Position numbers and translations under genes: made by a program
Part shown: positions 50,187 to 62,271 of the stretch, piece after piece
How positions within the stretch are numbered: the stretch's first letter is position 1
How the letters are laid out: every line of letters starts with the position of its first letter
Source: Parasitella parasitica NRRL 2501
Lineage: Eukaryota; Fungi; Mucoromycota
Direction of reading: 5' to 3'
DNA length: 64,000 nt
Assembly: GCA_025201805.1 (NCBI GenBank)
Contig: MU619367.1
Span: 5,126-69,125, forward strand
Notes under the pieces: model-generated
The model's database searches: none
What the model was told of the DNA's origin: nothing
The model's input: only the letters and a program-made list of their open reading frames with translations

Positions 50187-52730
50187 TTTGCAGTTTGTAA
50201 CAGCTTCAGAGCGTTGATAGTATTTTTTTCAGTTACAGAGATATTTGTTTCTGATTCAGCTGCAGGTTGTCGAGATTGAGAAGCAAGATTTAGTTTGTAT
50301 AATGGGTGGTTTACAGTATGAAGAAAAAATATTATTTATATACCTTGAAACAACCTTTTTATATCACTGTCTAAGTCTTTTTCTTGAATTTAGGTTGCAG
50401 GCTCAACTATCATCAACCCTCCAGCTTCGTTTCTAAAGCCATCCAGTGGGCTTCGAAGCAAAGTCCAGACATCCAAAGAGAAAGCAGATTATTGGAGTGC
50501 CAATGATTTCAAGACAATGAGCCGCGATCAAGTCTCAGCACTTGCAATTGGTCTTGCTGGTCTCGGTTGCCTTTTGTTTGGAGTAACTTTCCCCTGCTTC
50601 GACCAAACCCCACCATTGCCAAGCGCACACAATTTAACAATTTAGCCCTATCTTTTTTGTACAGAAAACGGATACTGGGCTCGCCTTTCGATGGAGGCAC
50701 TACTCTTTGAAGATTAATAACAAATATGAAAAGTGGGGATAACTCAATACTAATCCAGCGCTGCATCTTTATTTTTGACCTTTTTATACTATTGGAGAAG
50801 TGATATTTCGATTTATAAGTTGTTTATAAAAAGTAATCAAAATCATCTGTTTCTTCTTTTGATATTTAGCTTGCTATGCTCTTACAGTAAATCAGATGCG
50901 TAGAAAATGTGAAATAAAAGTTACAAGGAAGGAGTTGTATCGACCATACAGAAGAAGGTTGGTGGCCGTGGTTGGTTTCAGTTTGGCGCACAAAAACATT
51001 AGGGCGTTGGTTGCTACAGACATTAACCTAAAAGGCATTTTTTGCATTAACCAATTATCCTGATTATAATATTTTGTAATGGTATCGTACGAATGGTAAT
51101 ATTCATTTAAACTTTTCTTTTTTTTTTGTCTCCCAGATGTATCAACAGCGATGATAATATCACAAACTCAGGGTCGACAACCCAAACCTAACAACCTTTG
51201 TCAATATCGTCTATTTCTTCTTGACGGCAAGGTAGAAGAGAAAACAGATAGAATAGACGTCAGTAGTTATTACGTTGCTAAATACAAATTAAACCAAGTC
51301 TAAATAAAACAAATGTATACCTCAGGACAGACTCGCTTTTTTTGCCTGCCGGATATCCTGGCACACCAGACGTTTTCACTAATTTCCAAAAGGCTTGTGC
51401 ATCAACTCTATACAAGAGCATGGAATCAGTGCGTTTAATTTTTTCCGGGCTCAAACGTCTTGTCAGACAGCTTGCTTGTTGATCGCTCTTGAGTGGTTAG
51501 ATTGCAAGAAGAGCACCGTTTTTCTTTTTCGCTTCTACTGTCTTCAATTCTAAATTGTAGCAAAGCACTCTTCTTAAAGCACTTTTTGGTAAGATTCCAA
51601 TGCAATTATCTTATATTCTTAACCTCAAGCAATTTTGATTCGTTCGAATTGATTTATTTCCATACAACATCAACGGGATTTATCAAAAGTTGTGAGCTGC
51701 ATGAATCAACCTTGTCAGATTTTTCAAGCTCCATTCAAATCATATCTGTTCCTGAGATCTGGGATTCCACACCCTACCAGATCTTTCCGCTCATCTATAA
51801 ATGAGAAGAGAAAAAAAAAATACATATCGTCTCCAGATTAAATGCATGAAGCTGCGCAAAAAAAGCCTTGAATATCTTGATTTCTCGTCATCATGTCGAT
51901 AGATAATCAAGTATAGATCATTTGTACGAGTATCAGCAATATCTGTCATTTGCGTCAATCGATTAACGAAAGCTCATTTGTCGCTGCCAGTTATACATCT
52001 GCATGTATGTAACCTTTAGTTTTGTTTAAATCTCGGCATTCTGGACGTTTATATTGAAAAAGGAATAGAAACGGATAATTCTTAAATATCAAGTAACTTA
52101 AGACATCAAGTATGACATTAATGAAGATATTGAATGGAACGGTAATGCTCTTCCTTCCTTGGTTCCTTGTTTTGAATATATATACATATATATACATATA
52201 TATATAAAGCAGGAGTAATCAACCAATACATAATAAATGATAGAGACTTTAGCAAAAGGAGTCAGAGTCAGCAGCCATAAAATACATAAAACACAGGAAA
52301 ATTTATCCCTGAATCTCTCCTTGAAAACTTTCCGTCGTTCCGTCAAACCAAAAAGTATCATAGTCGGTGCCAAATACTGCTAGAAATAGATTTCAAGCCA
52401 AGGTGTTTAAAAATTCGATAGTTTTGTATGTGAATTCGCCACAACAAACAACAATAAAGAGATGCTCACTTTCTTTTTTGCTCTTTCCCTTTCCTTTTGT
52501 TATATAAATCCACCATTGCACACTCTTTTCCTCAATTCGAAAGCCATTACTCATTTATCTTTATTTACTGAAACACAACGCATACATCCAGTTTGTTTGA
52601 AGCGATGTCACAATAATCTCGATTTTTACTGCACAACGTAAGGAGCTGCACAGCTTTTTGGATTTGTTCTGTAGTATCCAAAAGCTTGGATAGCAAATGT
52701 ATATATATAAAACTACGTACATTTATTTTA

Positions 52731-54842
52731 TTATACAAAATGATCATCCCTTTTATTGTAATGAATGGTATACTTGTTTGGTTGAAGTGACATGTCGGAC
52801 GATTCATGTGCTTTACAAGCACTCAACATTTCATCAGCTCCTGCCAATGCATCAGTCGCCGTCTGCAAAAAGTCCTTATTCCCGTACTGTTGTTGTGCTT
52901 CCAATAAACTGCCAATATCTGCCACTTTTTGTCTCAAAATTTCGTATTGCTTTTCAACTTGTTTTGCTTGTTTTTGCCTCATCAATCGAATAGCATGTTG
53001 TTGTTGCGCCTGTTGTTGCGCTTGCTGTTGCGCCTGCTGTTGTGCTGCTTGCTGAGCAGCCTGTTGAGCAGCCTGCTGTTGCTGGGCTTGCTGCTGTTGT
53101 TGTGTAATGGGAGAGTGGCGACCTTGAGGAGAATGCTGCTGCATGTGAGAAACTAATGGAGGCTGATTTAAGGAAGACGGCATTTGATGGTGCTGCTGCT
53201 GTTGCTGCTGTTGCTGCTGTTGCTGCTGTTGCTGCTGCTTTTGTTGATGGTGTTGATGGTGATGTTGTGATACAAAAGGTGGGTGTGAGTGCTTATGAAT
53301 TATTGTCACATGTGCCGTTTTCTTGAGCAGATCAATAATGATTGTCAATGCGCCGGCGCAATCGTATCTACTTTGTGCTTTTGGATGTTCAACTTTTCTG
53401 GGTTTCGCAGTGTCAGCCCTTTGTGAGCAGTAATATCTTAAGGTGGACAATGTATCAGGGCTCTTTGTTGATCGTCGTCGGTCTTTGAGGCTAATTCATT
53501 TGGTTAGCGCTCCGGTTTTCATATTACTTGTACGTATAAAGATACTGTACCTGAAATTGAACTTTGTTCCTTCCAGCACTCTCTCGCAAATACCTCTACC
53601 TAATTGCGTAAAACCTGGATTTTCACCGATGCTTTCCATCAAAGCTCCAATATTCAAATGGTACTGCTTGCGATCAAACTCTGTCTCTCCTTCCAACTCC
53701 CTAACAAATGTATCCAAATCAATAAGTTCCTGTGAGTGTCTGTCAGCCGATGAGCTTGTGTTTTTGTGATGAGCTACAGGTGGTGTCGATAAAATCGTTG
53801 ATGTGGTAGGCGTAGGTTGGTTAAGGGTCGTTGGTGGCAGAGTGATGGGTGTTGAGTTTGTATTTGCTAAGGGTGATGGGCTGGGCAGGTTGCTATTGAC
53901 AATAGGACTGTTTTTATCTAATCGATGAAGTAAGCTTTCATGCTTAATGTGAGATGTTGATGATATCTGGTGTAAATCTTGAGATTGCTGGGATTGCTGG
54001 GATTGCTGATTTGGCAAAGGCAGGGAAATGGTAGGCGATATTACCTGTTGCTGTTGTTGCTGTTGTTGCTGTTGTTGCTGTTGCTGTTGCTGTGGATGCA
54101 TGTGTGATTGGAGTTGCGGCTGATTCCGCATAGTGGGAGTTGTAAACATGTGTGATTTAGTGTTGTTATTGCTGTTGGCGGCAGCGTTGGCATTCGTGTT
54201 TTTGCCAACTTGGGATAAAGACAGCATCATAGAAGAAGTGGGTGGAGACTGTTTAATCTGCGGTGAAGAAATCGTTTGAGGAGGCGGCAGAGGCGAATTC
54301 CCAGCAGAACTGCTATTCAAATTAATAGGGGCAGACGAGTGTAGTTGAGCAGGAGGCAATTGCTGCTGTTGCTGCTGTTGCTGCTGGGGTGTGGCATATT
54401 GGATTTGCTGGTATCTGGCTTGCTTGTAAGTCCTTTGCTGCTCTTCATAGAGTTCGTATCGCTCCAGCTGATGCTTCCTCTTTTGCATTTCACGCGTATG
54501 ACATATATTACACACATTATACTTGAAATCCCTTTCATGAAAGAACGACACATGTCGAAATGTCTGGCAACTGTCGCAGTACAGTGTTTCCTGCGTAGCA
54601 TTTGGATTTATACCCCTACCTACACTGCTTGGACTGCGAGTGTTTGTATTATTACTACCTGTGCTGGTGGAATTACTACTAGGCTGCACTTGGCCAATTG
54701 CAGGCGGACTGCTTGTAACAAGAGCTTGCTGAAACGATTGCTGATTGTTGAGCACTTGCTGCTGTGATTGCTGCCTTGGCATGCTGTTGTTTGGTAGGTT
54801 AGAGTAGCTGTGAGCGTAAGGACGAGGCGGGCCGTGAGACAT
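52731..54842 (-). CDS. Poly-Q transcription factor with WRKY/GCM1/FAR1-like (MULE-derived) DNA-binding domain (2 exons)
   Basis: CDSC..CNIC; LRYYCSQ..SRYDCAGALTI..HKHSH; intron ~53495-53550; intact frame. Confidence 0.75.
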
Positions 54843-55476
54843 GTTCAGATTTGTAATTACAGGGTTTGAGGCTTCGAAAATAGTATAGAGTTTTCAAGCA
54901 GAAATCAAGATCAGGATGGAATAAATGGATTTGAGAGTCGGTATCAGTCCCCCGGTCCAAGTCTTTTATTCTGTGTGGATGTGGATGTTGTGAAGAATAG
55001 AAAGATAAAGGTAAAGCAACCTTTGATCAAAGAGCAAAAGGCCTCCTCAGAAAAGTGCTTTTTCACTTCTCAAGTGACGTCGATGAGGACACCCAATGAT
55101 ATGTGCTGCCATCCAAGGTTGTGATGCGGTTCGAGCACAATACAGCAGGCGGATCGAAGTTCCCAGCTGAAAAAGTCGATACATATAATGAAAACACTCT
55201 GTCCAGCAAGGGGTATATGCTGTGGCACTATATCAAATTTTTTTCTGTTTTGTTGATCTTGGTATTCTTAGCATCAATCAAGGAGAGAGCAAACTAGTCG
55301 CAAATGGCTCATAAAGCAAAAGCTGCTACTTATAGTGATTAGAAGCACATTTTGCCAGCGTACGCGCTACTGTAAATATGTATAGTGTCATCTGAAATCC
55401 ACCCCAACCACACCAGCACCCTATTCAAGAGATGATCTTGTCTCTAGAAATCGACTCAAGCATAAAAGCATAAAAG

Positions 55477-56042
55477 NNNNNNNNNNNNNNNNNNNNNNNN
55501 NNNNNNNNNNNNNNNNNNNNNNNNNNNNNNNNNNNNNNNNNNNNNNNNNNNNNNNNNNNNNNNNNNNNNNNNNNNNNNNNNNNNNNNNNNNNNNNNNNNN
55601 NNNNNNNNNNNNNNNNNNNNNNNNNNNNNNNNNNNNNNNNNNNNNNNNNNNNNNNNNNNNNNNNNNNNNNNNNNNNNNNNNNNNNNNNNNNNNNNNNNNN
55701 NNNNNNNNNNNNNNNNNNNNNNNNNNNNNNNNNNNNNNNNNNNNNNNNNNNNNNNNNNNNNNNNNNNNNNNNNNNNNNNNNNNNNNNNNNNNNNNNNNNN
55801 NNNNNNNNNNNNNNNNNNNNNNNNNNNNNNNNNNNNNNNNNNNNNNNNNNNNNNNNNNNNNNNNNNNNNNNNNNNNNNNNNNNNNNNNNNNNNNNNNNNN
55901 NNNNNNNNNNNNNNNNNNNNNNNNNNNNNNNNNNNNNNNNNNNNNNNNNNNNNNNNNNNNNNNNNNNNNNNNNNNNNNNNNNNNNNNNNNNNNNNNNNNN
56001 NNNNNNNNNNNNNNNNNNNNNNNNNNNNNNNNNNNNNNNNNN
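55477..56042. other. Assembly gap (N run)
   Basis: 566 Ns followed by poly-A. Confidence 1.
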
Positions 56043-56757
56043 AAAAAAAAAAAAAAAAAAAAAAAAAAACCTCTATTGAATGTAATAACCTGATATTTTA
56101 GCAGCTTCATCCGTCCTCGTAGTTACATCGAAGCAATAAAAGAGACCTAAAGCAGTGATTGGCTCGAAGCATACGATTGTCTTACTGCATCAATTGTTCA
56201 GCTCGATCAAAACAAACTGCCATAAATGGTGCATTGTTACTTGAAGAGCACAATATTTTTATCCACCGACAGTTAGGCAAAAGTCTAGTTTGTTGTACAC
56301 CAAGACATTACCACAGCCTACCTCATCGCTACCAGTCGCATACAGTGTATCCTTCTCAACACAATTTGAAATTGAGAAAAGAAAATGTTACATGAGGCAT
56401 TGAGATTAATCGTAAACAGGGTCATTAAAGTGGAATGTTGAAATGATAGTTTAAATGTATATATGAATTATTACAGTCGATTTAAAGATAAAAGTCAGTT
56501 TTAAGCAATTTACTCATCAATTCACTGTATAAGTTTATAGTCTGTGGTATATTCATACCACGAATATATTACTTGTGCAGCTAAAGATATAACTAATCAG
56601 AGAAATGCAAAACAGACCTATTTTAGATAGTCCAAGATGTTTATTTAATCTTGATGCAAGTACTAATAAATTATCAAGAAGCTCGAAGAAAACAGAATGA
56701 AAGCAAAGCAATTGTATACAACATGCAAAGTATATATATATATATATATAAAGTGTG

Positions 56758-58747
56758 TTAATTATCATCCGTTGGGCCATCTCCATTGACGCCATCCATA
56801 CTCTCTAACACAGGCAATACTTTCTCCCAGATCTCAGTGCCCTGATAAATCTGTTCAGTTACGGTTACCTTTACTTGTTAAATGCGAATTACCTTTTCAT
56901 AGAATTTAATGTGGCAGTCTGCGTACGCTAATAAACCCTGCTTAAGTTCCAACATCTTGGTCTTTTGGAAAACTTCAAATTCTTTGATCACTTGATTAGA
57001 AAACGCATTCGAGTCGTCATTTGCTTTTGTTACTTCGTCTTGTAACTATGGCTTGCGATTAAAATGACTAGCGGAACGGATGGTCTACATAGCTTACCTC
57101 TTTGACACGCAGCTCTAGCTTACCCAGCTTTTCTCGTCTTGCTCTCTCCATATTGACTCCTCGCACTTCATTCAGTTTATCTGTCACGTAGTCTGAAATA
57201 TATAGACCCCCAGCTGCCATGCCTCTATCGTTGTATTTCCTTCCTGGGTATTGGGTACGATCCCGTAGCTGTATTGTTTGGTGTAAATATACAGACAACT
57301 CTTCGAAATCAAGTTGTTTCTGATCTCTTGCTTTCAGCACATCCTATTCTGTCGTTCAATATGACGGCAGTCTCAAAACATCTCCTGGAATTACCTTGGC
57401 TGAGTAGCAGTAAGCTAATAGCTCATGAATCTCGTTCAAGAATTGCATTTCTTCTATATCTGTCATATCTTTCATAGCTTTTGAATAGGCTTTGGACGTC
57501 TCTGCAAACTGATGTAGGGAATTTGTAATGTTTGTTTCCAAAGCTGATAAGCCCTGGATACTGTTTGCAAAGTTGGTATAATCGTTTTGTAAATCCAGCT
57601 GCCTTTTGTTGATTCTGTAGTATAATTTCTGCACTGTGTTCAAGTTATCTTCCAATTTACTGATCTGCTCCTTCATATCCTCAAATCTTTCATCTGGCTT
57701 CTTTAATTTCACAAACGCATTCACAAGCGTATCGCTGATTGAATCTATGATAGAGGTTGTGTGTGGTATGTTCAGGACTTGTGCTCTTTTGTCATTTTTC
57801 TAGGCAATAAATCAATACATGACAACTTAAATATTGTCTTGTACCTACAAAATCATTTGATTCTAAAAAGATACGGGTACATTGTGACGCTTGCAGTAAG
57901 GGATGTCTTGATATTCTATCCAAAAACCATTGCAGACTATTGACAACATATTAGGAAAACTATGATGTATCCCCCCCCCACTATACACATCTACCTCAAT
58001 TGTCTTCTTTGTATGAATTCCGAACTGAACCTATCTCCTTTAATATATTCTAGCACACAAAAGCCTTAGTTTTCTGTATGCGAAATAAACAAGTTTCAAC
58101 CATGTTACCTAGTCTGTGCTTTTCTGGTAATGGCGGAACAATACAAGCTGGATACTCAAGAGATAATGTTGTATGCAACCAAACAAAATCTTGATATCGT
58201 CTTCTGACAGGTCTGGGTGTGCTGGAATGGAAATTTTCCACTTGTGTCTACAATTCACAATTCCATCAGCGATATGAACCATGTGTGGTATGCTTACGAT
58301 TTACATTGGTTGTTACAAGATAGGTTATGAAAGTGCCTTGAGTTGCGTCTTGGTGTTTTTGTGGGTCACTTATAGTAATCTCCATATGTGCTATTTCAGG
58401 GTTTCCCAATTCGACAGGCTTTGATTTAGGAGGAACAAATGGAGGTTTTGCTGTTGGAGTGGGAGGTGTAGTGCTCGTTGGTAATGAATCCATAGAATCT
58501 AAAATAGGCGATGACGATGGAATGATGGGAGGTAATGGTGGTGTATCTTGAGCAGCTGCGACTACGTAGGGTGAATAGTAGTGATTCTATATTTATTACT
58601 CTTGTTAGCATAGACGGCATTTTGCTTGCTTTTGTCAGCACGAACCTCTGATTCACTGAACTGCGAAAGTGGATCATCGTACTCAACACGAGGAGTTAAA
58701 GCGTCAGTCGTTGCATGAACATCCCATTCAACGTAATCTTCAGACAT
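56758..58747 (-). CDS. SNX4: Sorting nexin-4 / Atg24 (PX-BAR, multi-exon)
   Basis: ISDPQKH..FITYLV, VRRRYQDFVWL..EYPACIVPPLPEKHRL, GDRFS, NAFVKLKKPDERF, LKARDQKQLDFEELS. Confidence 0.92.
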
Positions 58748-59570
58748 CTGTTTTGTTTGTTTATTTGTATTTCTTTTTGTCTATTACTGCCAAGTAATAA
58801 AAGAGGAGCAAAAGAGAGAAAGGTATGAACTTGGCGCATACAACCCCTTTTTCTTTAAATAGTATTGGACTGCCATTGATCAGGTGGATGTTTCGTCAGC
58901 CATGCCATCCTTGCCTGACTTGGTTGCAAAAGACTTTTTTAATGGAGCATTTTTGAAATAATCTGGTAGTATATCAGAGTAGCAGTTTGTTTTATGTATT
59001 TTGTAATTGACTACATTGCCATCGCGTGTTGGGAATTTTACCTACAATGATAATTTCGGCTCATGTCTGTAGTCAATGATGATCTAATCATGCAGGCATT
59101 CATTTAATCTTAGTCCTTTAACACGTGGCATCAGTGCTTTATGCTATTCCGTCAGGCTGACCAAGCCATAAACACTTTGAATTTGTTCATACCGTATCGC
59201 TAAACACATCCAAAATCAAAAATAATCCTAATACAGAAACATTTCCAAGCACGGCGACTTCGTAAGTATACGGTGGGTAGCTCACGTTAATAACGGTCTG
59301 ACATCCAGGTTCAAATCCTTCTTTCTCATTATGAAAGCTCATAGTATTAAGATGAAATCTTGGAGCTGTTGATTCATGCAATTTTTGAGTGGAATTTTAG
59401 GCATCAAGGAAATATCTATAATTAGTGGTATCACAAGTGTACAGATTTGTAGAAAACATTTCAAATCAAGTGCCGTCATGTTGAGCATTATAAAAATCAT
59501 ATTATAACTTTTAATAAAATCAAATGCAATGTCAGTCTTGGCTAGTATTTACGTCAAGAACGTTCTAAAG

Positions 59571-60304
59571 GGTGAAATATATTCACTATAATGATCTGCA
59601 TTCCACTTCAAGATTCATCCATTTACTTTAAATTGATTCGGACTTGATAAGATGTACAAAGCAGATTTATACTATACCGTAGACTAGATATGGCACCATT
59701 AGAATATATTGATGACGCTATAGACTTATACTTATATCTCGACACAAGCCTTAGACATTTACAAGATTAAGTATATGCTACGAGCCTATGCCATATAAGA
59801 TCTATGCTTCAGATACGTATTCCCAGTTTCCAGATACGCAGACATATGCTTATATCCATGATACTGTCTACAGATATATTATGTACTACAGACTTGTAAA
59901 ATATGTGCAATGCTGTATATACGCTCATGACATGCTATATAGACATGCTCTATATATCGATATATGCCAAGATGAATGCTAAGTGATATACACTCAGACA
60001 TCTAAATAAGACTATCATATTAGAAATGATATACGCTTATGGATCGATATTAATAATCTTCGTATGGAAGATTGATCAGGTTCCTCGGGTGAAGCCTGTA
60101 TGCTTACTCAGATAGATCCAAGTTATTTTTAGTCTGCTGAGATGTCGTTTAGCACGAAATTGAAGATGCTAATTAATCAATTCTCATAAACGTTGAATTA
60201 TGAAAGTAGAACATTTATCCATAGATTGAATGTATAAAGGTTTATAAACCTGTTGATTTGATAATAAAACCTATATCTTTATCAAGTTGCCATTTATTGT
60301 TTTG
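59571..60304 (-). mobile_element. Dispersed LTR-like repeat, copy 3 (inverted, more diverged, no nested insert)
   Basis: Reverse complement aligns with copies 1 and 2 and shows the uninterrupted gataaagatataggttttattatc site. Confidence 0.8.
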
Positions 60305-60494
60305 GGATTTCATGGCGCAATCCTACTAATTCCAAGTGCTTTAGCTCGATTCTGTCAACTACAAACGGTAATAGCCATAATATGCTGATATATACTGATT
60401 ACAGTCGCTCATAGATGATTCAAATTTGTATCGTTCTTTTTTTTTTTTTTTTTCTATCAGATTAGCAAAATTGCAAGTTCGCATTTTGCTGTTA

Positions 60495-60911
60495 TTATTT
60501 TCCAAATAGTTTCGATAAAGCACTTCTTTGGCCATCTTTGTTTGCCTCTAAGGAAGAGACCAGTTTTGAGTAATAATTGGGATTTCCTGCTGGTGTAAGG
60601 ATTTTGTCTGATATAGGATACTGGCAGAATGGTCTTTAAAATGGAATACAATGTTAACAAAAAACAAAAAAAAAGTGTACCTTTTCTTTGAATGTATTGT
60701 CTAATAAAGTCTCTAAAGCATCGAGTTCTTTATGAGCTTTTTCCATGTTTATTTTTTCTATGCCAGGTGTTCTGAATGTTTCTTCTACTCTTTTTGCTAA
60801 AATTTGCTTCATTCCTCGGTTGGGCCTGATTTTATCTTCTGGCCATTCTCTTACAATACGTAAATATGATCTGTAAAGTGAATGAATCTCTTGACGCGTG
60901 GGTGCAGACAT
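60495..60911 (-). CDS. CBP6: Cytochrome b translation/assembly factor Cbp6/UQCC2 (2 exons)
   Basis: YLRIVREWPEDKIRP, LETLLDNTFKEK-YPISDKILTPAGNPNYYSKL. Confidence 0.85.
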
Positions 60912-61275
60912 TGTATGTATATTAATCTCGTTTTATCTCTGTGTAAAGAGAATGGAAAAAACCAACATTGTCTTTTCAAAAAAAAAGTTGAAATAAGCGG
61001 AGTTGTGCCATCAATGTTGGATATTTACTTGTTTTGCTCATTATTAATCGAATTGCTTGTCATTCATGTACACGAAAATCGATGTCAATCAAGATTGAAA
61101 TCAGCAATGAAGTTGATTCATCTGGCTATTAAAATTCCCTATTACCCCCAAAAGAACCAAAATACTGGAAAATCAACTCGAATGAAAAGAATCTGTGAAT
61201 TCACAATTGCATTAATAGAGAACATATATTTCACTTTTTCTCTTTAATTTATTTTTAAGGATTATTTGAATATAG

Positions 61276-61814
61276 TTAGTTTCTAGCTTTGACAATCGGC
61301 TCCCAAGCATGTAGCTTGGAAACGGTGGTACTGTAAGTCTTGAATGCCTTGGGAGTACCAGAGAAATTGGGAATGGGCTCGCCCCACCACTTCTTGGGTT
61401 GAATGTTCATTTCGGTGGGTGGTTCTTGAGTAATACGACTCAACCACATATGCCTACGTATGGAGTCAATACGTTGTTAAAATTATCCTTTCTAGTATAA
61501 ATCTACAAGTAATCATTACCAATCAGGAGCAATATCTTCACTATCAGGTTGATTGCTAGCATATTCGACCCAACGCTCACGACCTAAATGATGACATGAT
61601 GTTGAATAAGATTATAACTGACCATCCCACCACGAACATTGCGTTTTTTTTCTATACCTGAAACTTCGTCGAGATTTTCGAAATATTTATTGCCGTTGGC
61701 ATCGGTACCAACAAGGCGACCCCACTTGGTATCGCAAATATTGTCGAGTTGCTTCATATAACTAGCTGGTCCAACTTTCATAAAATTTTTAATTGTACGC
61801 CCAAGTGTCGACAT
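61276..61814 (-). CDS. NDUFA12: Complex I accessory subunit NDUFA12 (3 exons)
   Basis: GRLVGTDANGNKYFEN, GRERWVEY, DIAPDWHMWL, NFSGTPKAFKTYSTT. Confidence 0.93.
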
Positions 61815-61925
61815 GTTTTATGAAATATATGTAAACGATGAGAGGGGAAAGAGTAGGGAGAGTTTGTATTAAAAGAAAAATGGTTAACACAAAAAAAAAA
61901 AAAAAATGGTGTGTACTGGCTAATT

Positions 61926-62068
61926 CAACGTTGGCAATTAAGAGCTCACTCACAATTCAGTTTGGTAGTGCTGATTTGATGGCTTGCCGCCCTGGTACTT
62001 ACTTGACGTCGACGTCACTTGCGAAGCTCTCTCCACAAGATTGATACCGTACTTCGGGGCCAACATTG
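61926..62068 (-). ncRNA. Candidate structured non-coding RNA of unknown class
   Basis: 10-bp closing stem enclosing six further helices; all five non-Watson-Crick stem pairs scored are G-U only on the minus strand; T16 run 20 nt downstream. Confidence 0.55.
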
Positions 62069-62271
62069 CTTCATTTATAATTTACAGTATTGATCGCCAA
62101 AAAGCGAACTAGATCTTTCTCTCCTACTTATAGCTCTTATGATATCTATTGAAGAATCCCAACTATAACTTAACAGAGGTTGATAAATAAGATTTGTTTG
62201 GAAAAATCTAGAATCAAAACGTACATTAGTACGAGCAAGCTAGCAGTTTATTTACTGAATATTTATAAAAA

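Noticed and set aside
52792-54767. Antisense Cys/Leu-rich ORFs
   Set aside because: Shadow translations of CAG/CAA poly-Q repeats
55421-56110. 229-aa ORF in the track
   Set aside because: Artefact of the N gap
59270-59330. tRNA-like A/B boxes (GTAGCTCACGTT ... GGTTCAAATCC)
   Set aside because: Spacing too short, no anticodon arm or acceptor stem, and the T-stem has only 3 pairs; not a tRNA gene
62085-62125. 7SK-like GATC..GATC or U2-like 5' motif next to the structured RNA
   Set aside because: Spacing does not fit 7SK and the U2 branch-pairing sequence GTGTAGTA is absent
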